A stretch of 60,896 nucleotides of DNA from an uncultured Christensenella sp. (GCA_964648235.1 CAZYKQ010000002.1:1-60896), one strand, 5' to 3'. Positions 36,050 through 48,470 are shown, counted from the first letter of the stretch. The notes: generated from the letters alone by a model not told the origin. Made by a program: numbers and translations.

Positions 36050-36933
36050 AGCAAATCACCTCCGAATGAGCGCAGAAGATTATCTTCTGATTCCTCACGT
36101 CCGCCAACCAGGTCAAGAACACTGTACTTTGACAAAATATTAATCAAAGCCTGAGGGCTGGATGGAATAGCTACAATAGCTCGGTTGCGAATCAACTCAA
36201 CTCCAGAATCCCATTCCTGCGCAAATGCGGAGGCTTGTTGCAAACTTGTGAACGTAATGTAATATACTTTTTGGCGCGTGACAGACAGAGACTCCGATGA
36301 TTGAATAGCGATCAGGCGTCCCTTTCTGATAATCGCCGCGCGATCGCAACAGCGTTGCACCTGCTCAAAGACATGGGAAGCTATGACGATCGTTTTGCCT
36401 TTGGTGCGTTGTTCGTTGATCAAGTCAAAAACAGCTATTTGAGCATTGGGATCAAGTCCGGCACAGGGGTCATCCAGCAAAAGTATTTCCGGCCCATGCA
36501 TTAAGGCCATTACCAGCAAAACTTTACGCCTGTCCTGTAAAGGCATAAACATGTAATCGCCAAGCGGGTTGACATCCAACCGTTCCATCAGCTCCTGGAT
36601 ACGGGATTTCCCCACCACAGCTCTGGCCCTTGACATCAGAGCTATGAACTCCTCTCCCGTCGTCCGCTTTGGCAGGGAGGCATCTTTAGGCAAGTATCCT
36701 ACCCTTCCTACAATCTCATGCCGTCTTGAAAAGCAGTCCCAACCGCGTATGCTTACTTCTCCTTCATCTGCTTTTATAAAACCCATCAGTAAGCTCAGAG
36801 CAGTCGTTTTTCCCGCTCCGGTTGGTCCCAGAAGGCCAAAGGATTCTCCTTCAGCAATCTGTACGGAAAAATCAAAAAGGCCTTCTTCCTCTTCGTATAT
36901 TTTGCTTGCATGGTGGAAAACGATCTCAGACAC
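36046..36933 (-). CDS. ABC transporter ATP-binding protein with degenerate signature and Walker B
   Basis: Walker A GPTGAGKTT and H-loop IASH are present. The LSGGQ position reads MPLQD and Walker B is ILLLDD (Asp replaces the catalytic Glu). Confidence 0.85.
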   Translation of the reverse strand: MSEIVFHHASKIYEEEEGLFDFSVQIAEGESFGLLGPTGAGKTTALSLLMGFIKADEGEVSIRGWDCFSRRHEIVGRVGYLPKDASLPKRTTGEEFIALMSRARAVVGKSRIQELMERLDVNPLGDYMFMPLQDRRKVLLVMALMHGPEILLLDDPCAGLDPNAQIAVFDLINEQRTKGKTIVIASHVFEQVQRCCDRAAIIRKGRLIAIQSSESLSVTRQKVYYITFTSLQQASAFAQEWDSGVELIRNRAIVAIPSSPQALINILSKYSVLDLVGGREESEDNLLRSFGGDLL

Positions 36934-38062
36934 GAGCGCTCTCTCCTTGTCTAATGCCGTTTCGGCGTTTTGTATCCTCAGCTAGAAGGTGATAAATGAC
37001 GGCAAACAGAGGAATCAAAAACAGCATACCCGTTATTCCCATAATACCGCCGCCCAAAGTAACAGCAACAAGTACCCAAATAGAGGGCATGTTGATTGCA
37101 TTGGATAAAATGCGTGGGTAAATCAAGCTGGATTCAAGTTGCTGGACGGCCAGGTACATCAACAAAAACCAGAGCGTCTGTTCGGGTGCTGCCGTTACGA
37201 TCATCAGAGCGCTGAGCGCTGCCGCGATATATGGGCCGAAAATAGGGATAAATGCGCATAAATAAGTAATAAAAGCAACAAATACTGCGTATGGGAAACC
37301 GAAAACTTCCATACAACCCCATACCAGCCCCGCGGAAACAAGCGCTTGAATCATTTGCCCGCCCAAAAAGCGTGAATAGGTATCGATCAGCATGCTCACC
37401 ACACGCCTTATTGCTTTGCTATGATTTTTGGGGAGATAGGCAGATATCAAAGCGTCAGCTTGTCCTCTGATTCTTTCTTTGGAATAGAGCAGATAAATAG
37501 AGAATACCAGCCCTACAGCCAAGTTGATAATCATTTGTGCGGCGCTAAAAACAACGGTGGATGACTGAGTGATACCTCCAAGCAAAAAGTTCCCCGCACG
37601 TTGCGCAAATTCACGTATATTCAATTCGTTAGCTTCTTCAAAACCTACAAGCTGGCGCAAGCTCGTATTGTACTCAAGCAACCATGTCTCAAGTTGTTCA
37701 ATGGCGGCGGGAACACGGCTTATCAGTGTGTCAGCTATGACGGCAATTTCCGGAATAATGACAATAAAGAACAGGGCGATCAAGGACAGCACCAGAAGAA
37801 CGCTGGCCGTCAGGCATATTCCTCTTCTGAAGCGGCCAAGCAGGGGTACCTTCCATAAAAACTTAAAGTGATGCTCCAAAAACCGCATTGGAAGATTGAT
37901 CATGAGGGCCATCAAAAGACCGACAATGAAAGCCATCATGATACCTATCAAATTCATCAGAAGGCTATAAAATAAATCGATCCGGTAGAGAAAAAAAGCA
38001 AACAGCATCAGAAGCATAATGTTTCTGATTCGCCTTCTGTCGTCCTGTCCGTTCGCATCCAT
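36926..38062 (-). CDS. AI-2E family (PerM/UPF0118) transporter
   Basis: Polytopic, about 378 aa, with family-typical C-terminal half. ATG 38062 lies 8 nt after GAGG (GTG 38071 is the longest ORF). Confidence 0.85.
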   Translation of the reverse strand: MDANGQDDRRRIRNIMLLMLFAFFLYRIDLFYSLLMNLIGIMMAFIVGLLMALMINLPMRFLEHHFKFLWKVPLLGRFRRGICLTASVLLVLSLIALFFIVIIPEIAVIADTLISRVPAAIEQLETWLLEYNTSLRQLVGFEEANELNIREFAQRAGNFLLGGITQSSTVVFSAAQMIINLAVGLVFSIYLLYSKERIRGQADALISAYLPKNHSKAIRRVVSMLIDTYSRFLGGQMIQALVSAGLVWGCMEVFGFPYAVFVAFITYLCAFIPIFGPYIAAALSALMIVTAAPEQTLWFLLMYLAVQQLESSLIYPRILSNAINMPSIWVLVAVTLGGGIMGITGMLFLIPLFAVIYHLLAEDTKRRNGIRQGESARV

Positions 38063-38137
38063 CTTTTTCACCTCAGTTTATGGAAGTATAGCAAATGGAC
38101 TGCTTAAACACAAGAAAACATGATGTGCAAAAAACTA

Positions 38138-38166
38138 TTGACATAAGTTATCTTGAATCATATAAT
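38138..38166 (+). promoter_or_regulatory. Consensus sigma-A promoter of clpB (TTGACA-17-TATAAT)
   Basis: TTGACA 38138-38143, exactly 17 nt, TATAAT 38161-38166. About 50 nt upstream of the clpB ATG. Confidence 0.65.
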
Positions 38167-38172
38167 AATAAA

Positions 38173-38189
38173 GGTCAAAGAAGGTCAGT
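38173..38189 (+). promoter_or_regulatory. CtsR-type operator (tandem heptad GGTCAAA-GAA-GGTCAGT)
   Basis: Matches the published CtsR consensus (A/G)GTCAAA-NAN-(A/G)GTCAAA at 15 of 17 positions. Begins 7 nt after the -10, spanning the expected start site. Confidence 0.5.
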
Positions 38190-38214
38190 ATCTTTGATCA
38201 GATGGAGGATGATC

Positions 38215-40833
38215 ATGAACCAGAATCAATTAACTCAAAAAAGTACAGAGGCTCTCCAACGGGCGCAAGCACTTTGTAGTGAGTATGGCCAGCAAACACT
38301 TGAACAGCTTCATTTGCTTTATGCACTGCTTGAAAATCCGCAGGGTTTAATTTATCAATTAATCACAAAGATGAACAGGGATGCTGCTGCCGTTAATAGT
38401 GCTGTGCTGGAGGAAATAGAAAAAATGCCGCGCATCAAAGGATTGGCGCGCGAGCACAATAAGGCCTACATTTCAAATGATATGGATAAGGCCCTGCAAG
38501 AGGCAGAACGGATCGCCGAGCGCATGAAAGATGAGTACATATCAGTCGAGCATCTGTTTCTGGGCATCATGGCTGTGCCTGACCGCACCTTGAAAGCTTT
38601 GTTCCAGCGATTTGCCATCAATGAGCAGGACTTTTTAGAAGCGCTGAATACGGTGCGGGGCACAACCCGGGTAACAGGCGATAACCCTGAGGATACCTAC
38701 GACGCGCTCAGCAAATATGCAAGTGACTTGGTTGCTCTTGCGCAAAAGCAAAAACTGGATCCTGTTATTGGACGTGACAGCGAGATCAGGGATGTAATCC
38801 GAATTCTCAGCCGGAAAACAAAAAACAATCCTGTATTGATCGGTGAGCCGGGTGTAGGTAAAACAGCTATTGCGGAGGGGCTGGCTCAGCGCATTGTCGC
38901 CGGTGACATCCCGGATAATTTGCGTGACCGCAGCATCTACTCGTTGGATATGGGCGCATTAATCGCAGGCGCAAAGTTCCGCGGTGAGTTTGAGGAGCGC
39001 CTGAAAGCCGTTCTCAATGAAGTAAAACAATCCGATGGGCGTATTCTGCTTTTTATTGATGAGTTGCACACCATTGTTGGGGCCGGTAAAACAGAAGGCA
39101 GCATGGATGCTGGGAATCTATTAAAGCCTATGCTGGCACGCGGCGAGTTACATTGCATCGGCGCGACAACTTTGGATGAATACCGAAAATATATTGAGAA
39201 GGATCCCGCGCTTGAGCGGCGTTTCCAGCCTGTGTTGGTAGAGGAACCAACAGTTGAAGACAGTATCTCCATTCTCCGCGGCCTCAGAGAGCGCTATGAA
39301 GTATTCCATGGCGTGAAGATACAGGATACAGCCCTGATTGCCGCTGCCCAATTGTCGCATCGTTATATCAGTGACCGCTTCTTACCCGATAAAGCTATCG
39401 ACCTGGTAGATGAAGCCTGCGCTATGATCCGCACTGAAATGGACAGTATGCCACAGGAGCTTGATGAGAAGCGTCGCCGTATTATGCAGCTTGAAATCGA
39501 GGAAGCTGCTCTTAAAAAAGAAACAGACAAGATGTCTCAGACACGTCTTGAAAACCTGCAAAAAGAACTATCTGAGGACAGGTCGAATTTTGCCGAAATG
39601 AAAACCCGATGGGAAAATGAAAAAGACGAGGTTGGGAAAGTACAACGTCTTCGTGAAGAAATTGAGCGCATTGGTATCGAAATCGCAAAGGCGGAACGTG
39701 AATACGACCTCAACCGTGCTGCGGAGTTAAAGTATGGCAAATTGCCCAAGCTTCAACAACAGCTTAGAGACCAGGAAGAGCAGGAAAAGACTGAAAACCG
39801 ATCCGGGATGGTGCGTGATAAGGTCACTGAGGAGGAAATTGCTCGCATTGTAGGCCGCTGGACAGGTATACCTGTCAGCAAATTGATGGAGTCGGACCGC
39901 GCGAAACTTCTGCGGCTGCCTGAGGAGCTGCACCGCAGGGTGATCGGCCAGGATGAAGCTGTACAGCTTGTTGCGGATGCCATTTTGCGATCGCGCGCCG
40001 GCATATCGGATGAAGCAAGGCCAATCGGCAGCTTTATCTTTTTGGGCCCTACAGGCGTTGGTAAAACAGAACTGGCCAAGGCATTGGCTGAAAGTTTGTT
40101 TGACGACGAGCGGAGCCTGATCCGTATTGACATGACAGAATACATGGAAAAATTCAGTGTCAGTCGTTTGATCGGTGCGCCTCCCGGCTACGTAGGGTAT
40201 GAGGAGGGCGGCCAACTGACAGAGGCTGTTCGCCGGCATCCCTACAGTGTCGTGCTGTTTGATGAAATGGAAAAGGCTCATCCCGATGTGTTCAATATTT
40301 TGTTGCAGATCCTTGACGACGGACGTATAACAGATAGCCAGGGCCGGACAGTGGATTTTAAAAACACTCTTCTGATCATGACCAGCAACCTTGGCAGCAG
40401 CCAGATCCTGGAAGGCATTGATGGGGAAGGGTTCCTGACAGAAGGCGCAAGAGAGCGGGTCCAAAGCTTACTGCGAAGCCACTTTAAGCCCGAGTTCTTA
40501 AACCGTGTGGATGAAACAGTATTTTTTACCCCTTTACAGAAATATCAGATCAGAGAGATCATCTATCTGTTGATCAACCGCCTGAAAGCCCGTCTGAAAG
40601 CGCAAGAGCTTGATCTATATCTGACCGACGAAGCAGTTGATCGTATGATGGATTTGGGATACGATCCTGTCTACGGCGCGCGACCCATGAAGCGACTGCT
40701 TCAAAGCAAGATTGAAACGCTGGTAGCCAGAACTCTGGTAGAAGGCAGTGTGCCCACCGGAAGCACACTGGTTGTCGATGTTGACCAAAGTGGTGGATTC
40801 AGTGTCAGCAGTTCCTTGAATGACAAGTTATAA
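38215..40833 (+). CDS. clpB: ATP-dependent chaperone ClpB
   Basis: Clp N domain, two AAA modules ([16 protein letters not shown]), long coiled-coil middle domain. GGAGG 38204-38208 precedes ATG 38215. Confidence 0.97.
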   Translation: MNQNQLTQKSTEALQRAQALCSEYGQQTLEQLHLLYALLENPQGLIYQLITKMNRDAAAVNSAVLEEIEKMPRIKGLAREHNKAYISNDMDKALQEAERIAERMKDEYISVEHLFLGIMAVPDRTLKALFQRFAINEQDFLEALNTVRGTTRVTGDNPEDTYDALSKYASDLVALAQKQKLDPVIGRDSEIRDVIRILSRKTKNNPVLIGEPGVGKTAIAEGLAQRIVAGDIPDNLRDRSIYSLDMGALIAGAKFRGEFEERLKAVLNEVKQSDGRILLFIDELHTIVGAGKTEGSMDAGNLLKPMLARGELHCIGATTLDEYRKYIEKDPALERRFQPVLVEEPTVEDSISILRGLRERYEVFHGVKIQDTALIAAAQLSHRYISDRFLPDKAIDLVDEACAMIRTEMDSMPQELDEKRRRIMQLEIEEAALKKETDKMSQTRLENLQKELSEDRSNFAEMKTRWENEKDEVGKVQRLREEIERIGIEIAKAEREYDLNRAAELKYGKLPKLQQQLRDQEEQEKTENRSGMVRDKVTEEEIARIVGRWTGIPVSKLMESDRAKLLRLPEELHRRVIGQDEAVQLVADAILRSRAGISDEARPIGSFIFLGPTGVGKTELAKALAESLFDDERSLIRIDMTEYMEKFSVSRLIGAPPGYVGYEEGGQLTEAVRRHPYSVVLFDEMEKAHPDVFNILLQILDDGRITDSQGRTVDFKNTLLIMTSNLGSSQILEGIDGEGFLTEGARERVQSLLRSHFKPEFLNRVDETVFFTPLQKYQIREIIYLLINRLKARLKAQELDLYLTDEAVDRMMDLGYDPVYGARPMKRLLQSKIETLVARTLVEGSVPTGSTLVVDVDQSGGFSVSSSLNDKL

Positions 40834-40950
40834 TACGGATAAAAGCTTCGATTTGATCAAATGGCTTAGGCCCGTAGAAAGTAACAAAGCAAGGGCGTTT
40901 CAACACATAATTCAGATATATCGCTTCATTGAAGCATGAACCAAAAACAA

Positions 40951-40991
40951 GAACACACCTCTGGGACATCACGTCCTGCGGAGGTGTGCTC
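40951..40991. terminator. Bidirectional intrinsic terminator between clpB and the 41010-41525 gene
   Basis: GAACACACCTC...GAGGTGTGCTC stem (one mismatch) with inner GGAC/GTCC pairing. T-runs on both strands (CTTTATC on plus, TTGTTTTTGG on minus). Confidence 0.6.
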
Positions 40992-41009
40992 TTTATCAAT
41001 ATTACAGTT

Positions 41010-41525
41010 TTATGGTTTGTCCGTTGAAGAAACCGGTGCCGGGCTAACCGATGAAGCAGGGCTTGGCACAGTAGTCACTTGAGCCGTCGGGTAAAAAGTA
41101 GCTTTGGCAGTCCTCGGCGGATTGGTCGCGATAGTTTCTGTCATGACGTCAGGCCTTGCATTCGAAGATGGTGAAGATTTTGGAGATGGAACAGGTGTTT
41201 TCTCTGCTTCAGTGCTTGTATCAACTTCAACGGGAGCTTTTGTATTTAGGCTTTTCCCTATGGATTCTACTACAATATCCAAATCATCCAGCGTACTGCG
41301 CAGCACTCCTTGTACTGAACCTATGCTTTGAGCTACACGGGCTTTTTCCCCCTCCCACGCCAACTTTTCAATACGCAGATCATCGAGATTTTTCGCCAGA
41401 TTCTCAGCTTGTTCATTCAACAACTTCAACTGACGTTGATCTCCCACCTTTTCAATCGTAAGATAGGTAATTGCCCCCAGACAGATGATCAGCAGAGCGA
41501 TTAGAGTATAGCTTGATTTTTTCAT
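41010..41525 (-). CDS. Hypothetical membrane-anchored coiled-coil protein with Pro/Ser/Thr-rich tail
   Basis: N-terminal TM (YTLIALLIICLGAITYL), heptad-like segment, low-complexity C-terminus (PVPSPKSSPSS...PSPASSVSPAPVSS). Confidence 0.6.
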   Translation of the reverse strand: MKKSSYTLIALLIICLGAITYLTIEKVGDQRQLKLLNEQAENLAKNLDDLRIEKLAWEGEKARVAQSIGSVQGVLRSTLDDLDIVVESIGKSLNTKAPVEVDTSTEAEKTPVPSPKSSPSSNARPDVMTETIATNPPRTAKATFYPTAQVTTVPSPASSVSPAPVSSTDKP

Positions 41526-41657
41526 CGGTTACACTCCCATTACAATTCTTCTGGCTTTATTCTATCATTAATCAGCCTCTGTGCCTATCCCTTGGCAACC
41601 CTATACGGCAAATGAAAATGATGATATAATACACAGGTCTTGAAAGGAGCAATCTAC

Positions 41658-43707
<2,050 letters not shown>

Positions 43708-43717
43708 TCTGTTTTTC

Positions 43718-43763
43718 CCAATAACTCAGCCCGGCCGATGATTCAGCCGGGCTGAGTTATTGG
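43718..43763. terminator. Perfect 18-bp stem hairpin between convergent guaB and potD
   Basis: CCAATAACTCAGCCCGGC-N10-GCCGGGCTGAGTTATTGG. No strong T-tract on either side. Confidence 0.55.
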
Positions 43764-43775
43764 ACAAATTGTTTA

Positions 43776-44819
43776 TTACCTTGCGTTCTTGACCAGGGAC
43801 CAGAGTGTATTGTATATGGTCATGAAATCAGATGGAATATCATTAAAGAACTCGCAGCTGTTGATGGTTTCTTCAGTAGGGTTCAGGTTGGGGTTCTCCA
43901 AATACTCATCCCCCAATAGATCAACTGCTCCCTGGATGGGTGTTGAGTACTGAATATAGTCCTGATTCATCATGGCAATCTCCGGCCGGCTGAGGAAGTT
44001 GATCAGCAGATGCGCATTCTCTGGGTTTTTAGCTGCCTTAGGAATAACCATACCATCCACCCAGACATTGGACCCTTCTTTGGGAACAACGTAGGCCAGC
44101 TTATCATTGAGGTTGATGGAATACTGCGCATCGCCGGACCAAACAACACCAAGGATCCCTTCGCCTGCAACCATCTTATCTTTGGTCTCATCCACCTGAT
44201 AGGCCTTCACGATGCCATCCTGTTTTTGCTTGATCAGTAAATCCTTAGCTGCATTCAGCTCGAGCGGATCGCGTGTGTTCATCGAGTAACCCAAGTACTT
44301 CAGTGCCAGGCCAAGGCTGTCACGGATAGAATCCAGCATAAATACCTCGCCCTTATAAACGTCCTCAAACAACACAGACCAACTATCAATGGGGCCGTTC
44401 GTTCTGGTGGTATCATAGAGTATACCGACAGTTCCCCACATATACGGTACGGAATACTTATGATCCGGGTCATAGCTCGGGTTCTTAAGCCACTCCAGTG
44501 TTCCCTCAGCGTTGGGGATGCTGTCCATGTCAAGTTGAAGCAGAAGGTCTTCCTTGACCAAACGCTCAATCACATAATCGGACGGAAAGATAACATCGAA
44601 CGCAGAAGGATTGGTCCGAACCTGCACCATCATATCTTCATTGGTGGTGAAGTTCATGTAGTTGACCTTGATGCCTGTTTCCTCTTCAAACAACCTGAGA
44701 GCATCGGGATCAATATAATCTTCCCAGTTAAATACATTCACACTTCCCTCCGCGTGGGCAGCGGGCAGCAGTGTCAGCATTGTAAGAACAGCAAGCAGCA
44801 GGGCAAGTGTTTTTTTCAT
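43776..44819 (-). CDS. potD: Spermidine/putrescine ABC transporter substrate-binding protein
   Basis: PotD-like 347 aa (VNVFNWEDYI...). Signal peptide ending AHA-EG with no Cys. Last gene of potABCD. Confidence 0.9.
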   Translation of the reverse strand: MKKTLALLLAVLTMLTLLPAAHAEGSVNVFNWEDYIDPDALRLFEEETGIKVNYMNFTTNEDMMVQVRTNPSAFDVIFPSDYVIERLVKEDLLLQLDMDSIPNAEGTLEWLKNPSYDPDHKYSVPYMWGTVGILYDTTRTNGPIDSWSVLFEDVYKGEVFMLDSIRDSLGLALKYLGYSMNTRDPLELNAAKDLLIKQKQDGIVKAYQVDETKDKMVAGEGILGVVWSGDAQYSINLNDKLAYVVPKEGSNVWVDGMVIPKAAKNPENAHLLINFLSRPEIAMMNQDYIQYSTPIQGAVDLLGDEYLENPNLNPTEETINSCEFFNDIPSDFMTIYNTLWSLVKNAR

Positions 44820-44850
44820 TTTAAAATACCTCCTTCAGAATGTATGACCA

Positions 44851-45615
44851 CTAATTTGACTCGTTGGTACGCCGGTTAACAACAAGCAGAAGAGACAGCA
44901 AGGAAACAAACATCAAAGCACTCAGCGCGTTCATCGTGGGTTTGATCCCCTTTCTCGCTTCAGAATAGATCAGCGTGGACAGGTTTTGCACCAATGGGCT
45001 GGTCGTAAAATAACTGATCGTAAAATCATCCAACGACAGCGTAAACGCAAGGATGGCCCCTGTAATAACACCCGGCATAATCGCCGGCATAATCACTTTC
45101 CTAAGCGCATAGCCGGGGGTTGCTCCGAGATCCAAGGCTGCCTCATAACTGAAAGTATTCATTTCTTTCAGTTTGGGCATCACGGAGAGCACGACATACG
45201 GCGTGTTAAAGGTAATGTGCGCCAGCAGCATCGTAACATAGCCGCGCTCTACCTTAGTAAAGATAAACAGCAGCATTAATGATATACCCGTTACGATATC
45301 GGGCATCGTCATGGGGATGTTGGTCATCGTCATCATCAGGCTTTGGGGACGCTTTTTCATCGCGTGGATACCGATGGCTGCCATCGTACCCAAGATCGTA
45401 GAAAATAACGACGCAAGCATCGCAATGCTGATGGTAACATACAGAGCCTGCATAATATTGGGGCTTTGAAACAACTGCACATACCAACGAAGGGAAAATC
45501 CTTCCCATTTGGCGCGACTGATCCCCGCATTAAACGACTGAAAGATCAGTACCGCAATGGGCACATACAAAAAGAGCAGAATGATTGCCAGATACATACG
45601 CTTCAATATTTTCAT
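44851..45615 (-). CDS. potC: Spermidine/putrescine ABC transporter permease
   Basis: 6-TM binding-protein-dependent permease with EAA-like loop (EAALDLGATPGYALRKVIMP). Confidence 0.9.
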   Translation of the reverse strand: MKILKRMYLAIILLFLYVPIAVLIFQSFNAGISRAKWEGFSLRWYVQLFQSPNIMQALYVTISIAMLASLFSTILGTMAAIGIHAMKKRPQSLMMTMTNIPMTMPDIVTGISLMLLFIFTKVERGYVTMLLAHITFNTPYVVLSVMPKLKEMNTFSYEAALDLGATPGYALRKVIMPAIMPGVITGAILAFTLSLDDFTISYFTTSPLVQNLSTLIYSEARKGIKPTMNALSALMFVSLLSLLLVVNRRTNESN

Positions 45616-46607
45616 CAGATCAGGCTCCCTCCTTCCCCTTCGGGATCAACCTTGCGTAATAAACCAAGGCTTAGAAGAATCAGCACCATCATCACCAGAC
45701 TCAGAGCACTTCCAACATTCCAGTCATCGGCTGTCAGGAAGGTTCGCTCAATCAAATCGCCAAACATCTCCGTATTACCTCCGCCTAATACGCGGGGAAT
45801 AAAGAAAGTGGTCACCGAGGGCATAAACACCATCGTAATTCCGGATACAATACCCGGCATACTGATGGGGAAGACAACCCGCCAAAAGGTACGCCATTTG
45901 TTTGCCCCCAAATCCATCGCTGCCTCTGACAACTTGCTATCCTGGCGGCTCAGCGCGTTGTAAATGGGAAAGACCATGAATGGCAGATAGTTGTATACCA
46001 TGCCAAGCAACACAGCCTGTGAATTATACATCAGCCTCGTTTTTCCAAAACCCAAGCTTTGAAGTAAAGTGTTGATTAATCCATTATCTTCCAGCAGGCT
46101 CATCCAGGCAATCGTTCGCAACAGGAAGTTCATCCACATTGGAATGATAAACAGCACCACAATGGTAGCCCCCAGCTTAAATTCGCGGTCTGCCATAATC
46201 AGAGCCGCAGGGTAACCCAGCAAAAGGGAAATTCCTGTGCATAAAAAAGCCATCCACAGTGAATACAGCAATGTATCCACGTTAACCATGCCTCTGGCCC
46301 CCATGCCCAGCATTTCGGGATCGAATCCTTGAGCAATCAGCTCGTTTTTCATTCCCCGATTGCTGTCCCAAAAATTAGCAAAATTTTCAATTGTTAAATT
46401 CCCTGCCTTATCGGTCAATGCATAGTAGGCAATCAGCACTAAAGGAAGGATGGTCGATACAATCATCCACAGCGTATAAGGCCAGGCATAAAACGAGCGC
46501 TTGATGCCCTTATTGCGGCGAATCATATGGATCAACATTGCCGCAAACAAAGCAAAGCCAAGGCCCATCAGCCAAAATGACCAGGTAGGCAGGATGGGAC
46601 TATTCAT
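45615..46607 (-). CDS. potB: Spermidine/putrescine ABC transporter permease
   Basis: Permease with EAA loop ([20 protein letters not shown]). About 40-aa N-terminal extension with an extra TM. Confidence 0.9.
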   Translation of the reverse strand: MNSPILPTWSFWLMGLGFALFAAMLIHMIRRNKGIKRSFYAWPYTLWMIVSTILPLVLIAYYALTDKAGNLTIENFANFWDSNRGMKNELIAQGFDPEMLGMGARGMVNVDTLLYSLWMAFLCTGISLLLGYPAALIMADREFKLGATIVVLFIIPMWMNFLLRTIAWMSLLEDNGLINTLLQSLGFGKTRLMYNSQAVLLGMVYNYLPFMVFPIYNALSRQDSKLSEAAMDLGANKWRTFWRVVFPISMPGIVSGITMVFMPSVTTFFIPRVLGGGNTEMFGDLIERTFLTADDWNVGSALSLVMMVLILLSLGLLRKVDPEGEGGSLI

Positions 46608-47664
46608 TAGGCATTCCCTCCTCCATGGGCTTCATAATATGGATATTGAATGGAACAATGGACAAACCTACCTGGGATCCTTCTGGCTGCATGCTTGTCG
46701 AATGTACCTTCCAGGTAAACCCACCTGCTTCAATCATCATCTCATAATGTACGCCCTTAAACAGTACACTTTTGACAGTTCCAATCAATGGGCCGACATC
46801 TGATCCGACGATCACGATATCCTCCGGCCTGATCAATACATCCACAGGAGCATCCGGGGCAAAACCGAAATCAACGCAGGTAAAGTTGGCCCCGCAGAAA
46901 TTGACTAACTCATCGCGAACCATTCGCCCCCTGATGATATTGCTTTCACCTATGAAATTAGCAATAAAGGCAGATTTTGGTTCGTCATAAATGTGTTTAG
47001 GCGTACCGATCTGCGCAATATAACCATCCTTCATTACGACAATGGTATCAGACATTGTCAAGGCTTCTTCCTGATCGTGAGTAACAAAAATAAAAGTAAT
47101 GCCCAGACGCTGCTGCATACGCTTCAGTTCGAGCTGCATACCCTTTCGTAACTTCAGATCCAATGCGCCCAGAGGTTCATCCAGCAGCAGCACTTCAGGT
47201 TCATTGACAAGAGCCCTTGCAATGGCAATACGCTGCTGCTGGCCTCCGGAGAGCGATTCAACCCTCCGCTTGCCATATTCACGCAGGTTGACCAGATCCA
47301 ACATATCTTCAACCCGCTTGGCAATCTCATCCTTGGGACGTTTGGATACTTTTAAGCCAAATGCGATATTTTCAAACACATTGAGGTGCGGAAACAACGC
47401 ATATTTTTGAAATACAGTATTTACCCGACGTTTATAAGGCGGATAATCCGTAATATCCTGTCCGTCAAACAGCACACGGCCAGAGCTGGGCTTTTCAAAA
47501 CCGCCGATAATGCGCAAGGTTGTTGTTTTGCCGCAACCTGAAGGCCCCAGCAAGGTCAGGAACTCATTCTTGCGCACATACAGATTAATATCATTCAGCA
47601 CGGGCGTGCCATCATATTCCTTTGAAATATTCTCAAGCCTGATCAGCCTTGTTTGTTCCTGCAT
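46600..47664 (-). CDS. potA: Spermidine/putrescine import ATP-binding protein
   Basis: [23 protein letters not shown], plus C-terminal TOBE-like domain. Confidence 0.95.
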   Translation of the reverse strand: MQEQTRLIRLENISKEYDGTPVLNDINLYVRKNEFLTLLGPSGCGKTTTLRIIGGFEKPSSGRVLFDGQDITDYPPYKRRVNTVFQKYALFPHLNVFENIAFGLKVSKRPKDEIAKRVEDMLDLVNLREYGKRRVESLSGGQQQRIAIARALVNEPEVLLLDEPLGALDLKLRKGMQLELKRMQQRLGITFIFVTHDQEEALTMSDTIVVMKDGYIAQIGTPKHIYDEPKSAFIANFIGESNIIRGRMVRDELVNFCGANFTCVDFGFAPDAPVDVLIRPEDIVIVGSDVGPLIGTVKSVLFKGVHYEMMIEAGGFTWKVHSTSMQPEGSQVGLSIVPFNIHIMKPMEEGMPNE

Positions 47665-47679
47665 CGAAGCCTCCGGATG

Positions 47680-48222
47680 TTAAAATGATGGCGGCGTTGA
47701 TATCCAGATAAAGCCGGCGCGCCGCTTGCCGGGATTAAAGATATGGTGTGTCTCTCTAGGATGCAGACAGAAGCTTTCGCCAGCCGACACCCGCAGGCGT
47801 TTATGCCCGATTATCAAATGAACCATACCTGAAAGCACGTAACCAAACTCCTCCCCCTCATGGGGAGGCATTTCCTGTGTCCGTCCGCCTGGCCCAAGCC
47901 AAACCAAAATAGGCTCCAGCTTATTTTTCTGCGCGTTTGGAATCAGCCAGGTAATTTCCCCTTTCAGGCCCTCCTCATCCTCTTTGATGAAATAATCATC
48001 ATTTGAGAATACTATTTTTTCGTCCACCGTTTTTGCGAAAAAATCCGATAGGCTGCTGCCTAAGCATTCCAGCAAATCTGTCAGCGTGGCAATGGAAGGC
48101 GAGGTCAGGTTGCGTTCCACTTGAGAAATGAAACCCTTGCTCAGCTCCGCGCGGTCTGCCAGCTCTTCCTGTGTCAGATTACGGGCAATACGCAGGCTGC
48201 GAAGATCAGCACCAATGTCCAT
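47680..48222 (-). CDS. XRE-family HTH regulator with C-terminal cupin domain (PuuR-like)
   Basis: HTH LRSLRIARNLTQEELADRAELSKGFISQVE. Cupin motif (GEEFGYVLSG...HHIFN). 15 nt upstream of potA. Confidence 0.88.
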   Translation of the reverse strand: MDIGADLRSLRIARNLTQEELADRAELSKGFISQVERNLTSPSIATLTDLLECLGSSLSDFFAKTVDEKIVFSNDDYFIKEDEEGLKGEITWLIPNAQKNKLEPILVWLGPGGRTQEMPPHEGEEFGYVLSGMVHLIIGHKRLRVSAGESFCLHPRETHHIFNPGKRRAGFIWISTPPSF

Positions 48223-48470
48223 ATCCCCTCCTGCTTGAAGTCAGCTTTTGTGCCCTGCCAGTTTACATATGCTAAACTTCCAAGCGTTGAATATTAAACC
48301 ATTCATCCGGGTGCTTGTCAAGTGTTCTTGAAGGGTTTCTATCTCAATTATATTTTCCACAAAAACACATATCCGCCTTCTTTATAGATAAAAACAGAAG
48401 ATATACGATTGCGCCAGCCCACTCAGACATGATAAAATTAGCATATAAGTTAAGAAACAAGGAGTATTTC

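Noticed and set aside
39727-40464. Long antisense ORFs inside conserved genes: 245 aa opposite clpB, and also 258 aa at 51334-52110 opposite hutU, 205 aa at 4394-5011 opposite the ALDH, and 151-157 aa ORFs opposite ftsH and guaB.
   Set aside because: Each lies wholly inside a strongly supported conserved gene on the other strand. Their translations look like low-information shadow-frame products with no family motifs I recognise, and I did not check them for ribosome-binding sites. Long stop-free antisense frames are a known codon-usage by-product. There is no positive evidence of coding.
40805-40999. 64-aa ORF between clpB and the next gene.
   Set aside because: It overlaps the clpB 3-prime end and runs straight through the bidirectional terminator hairpin (40951-40991). 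It has no RBS.
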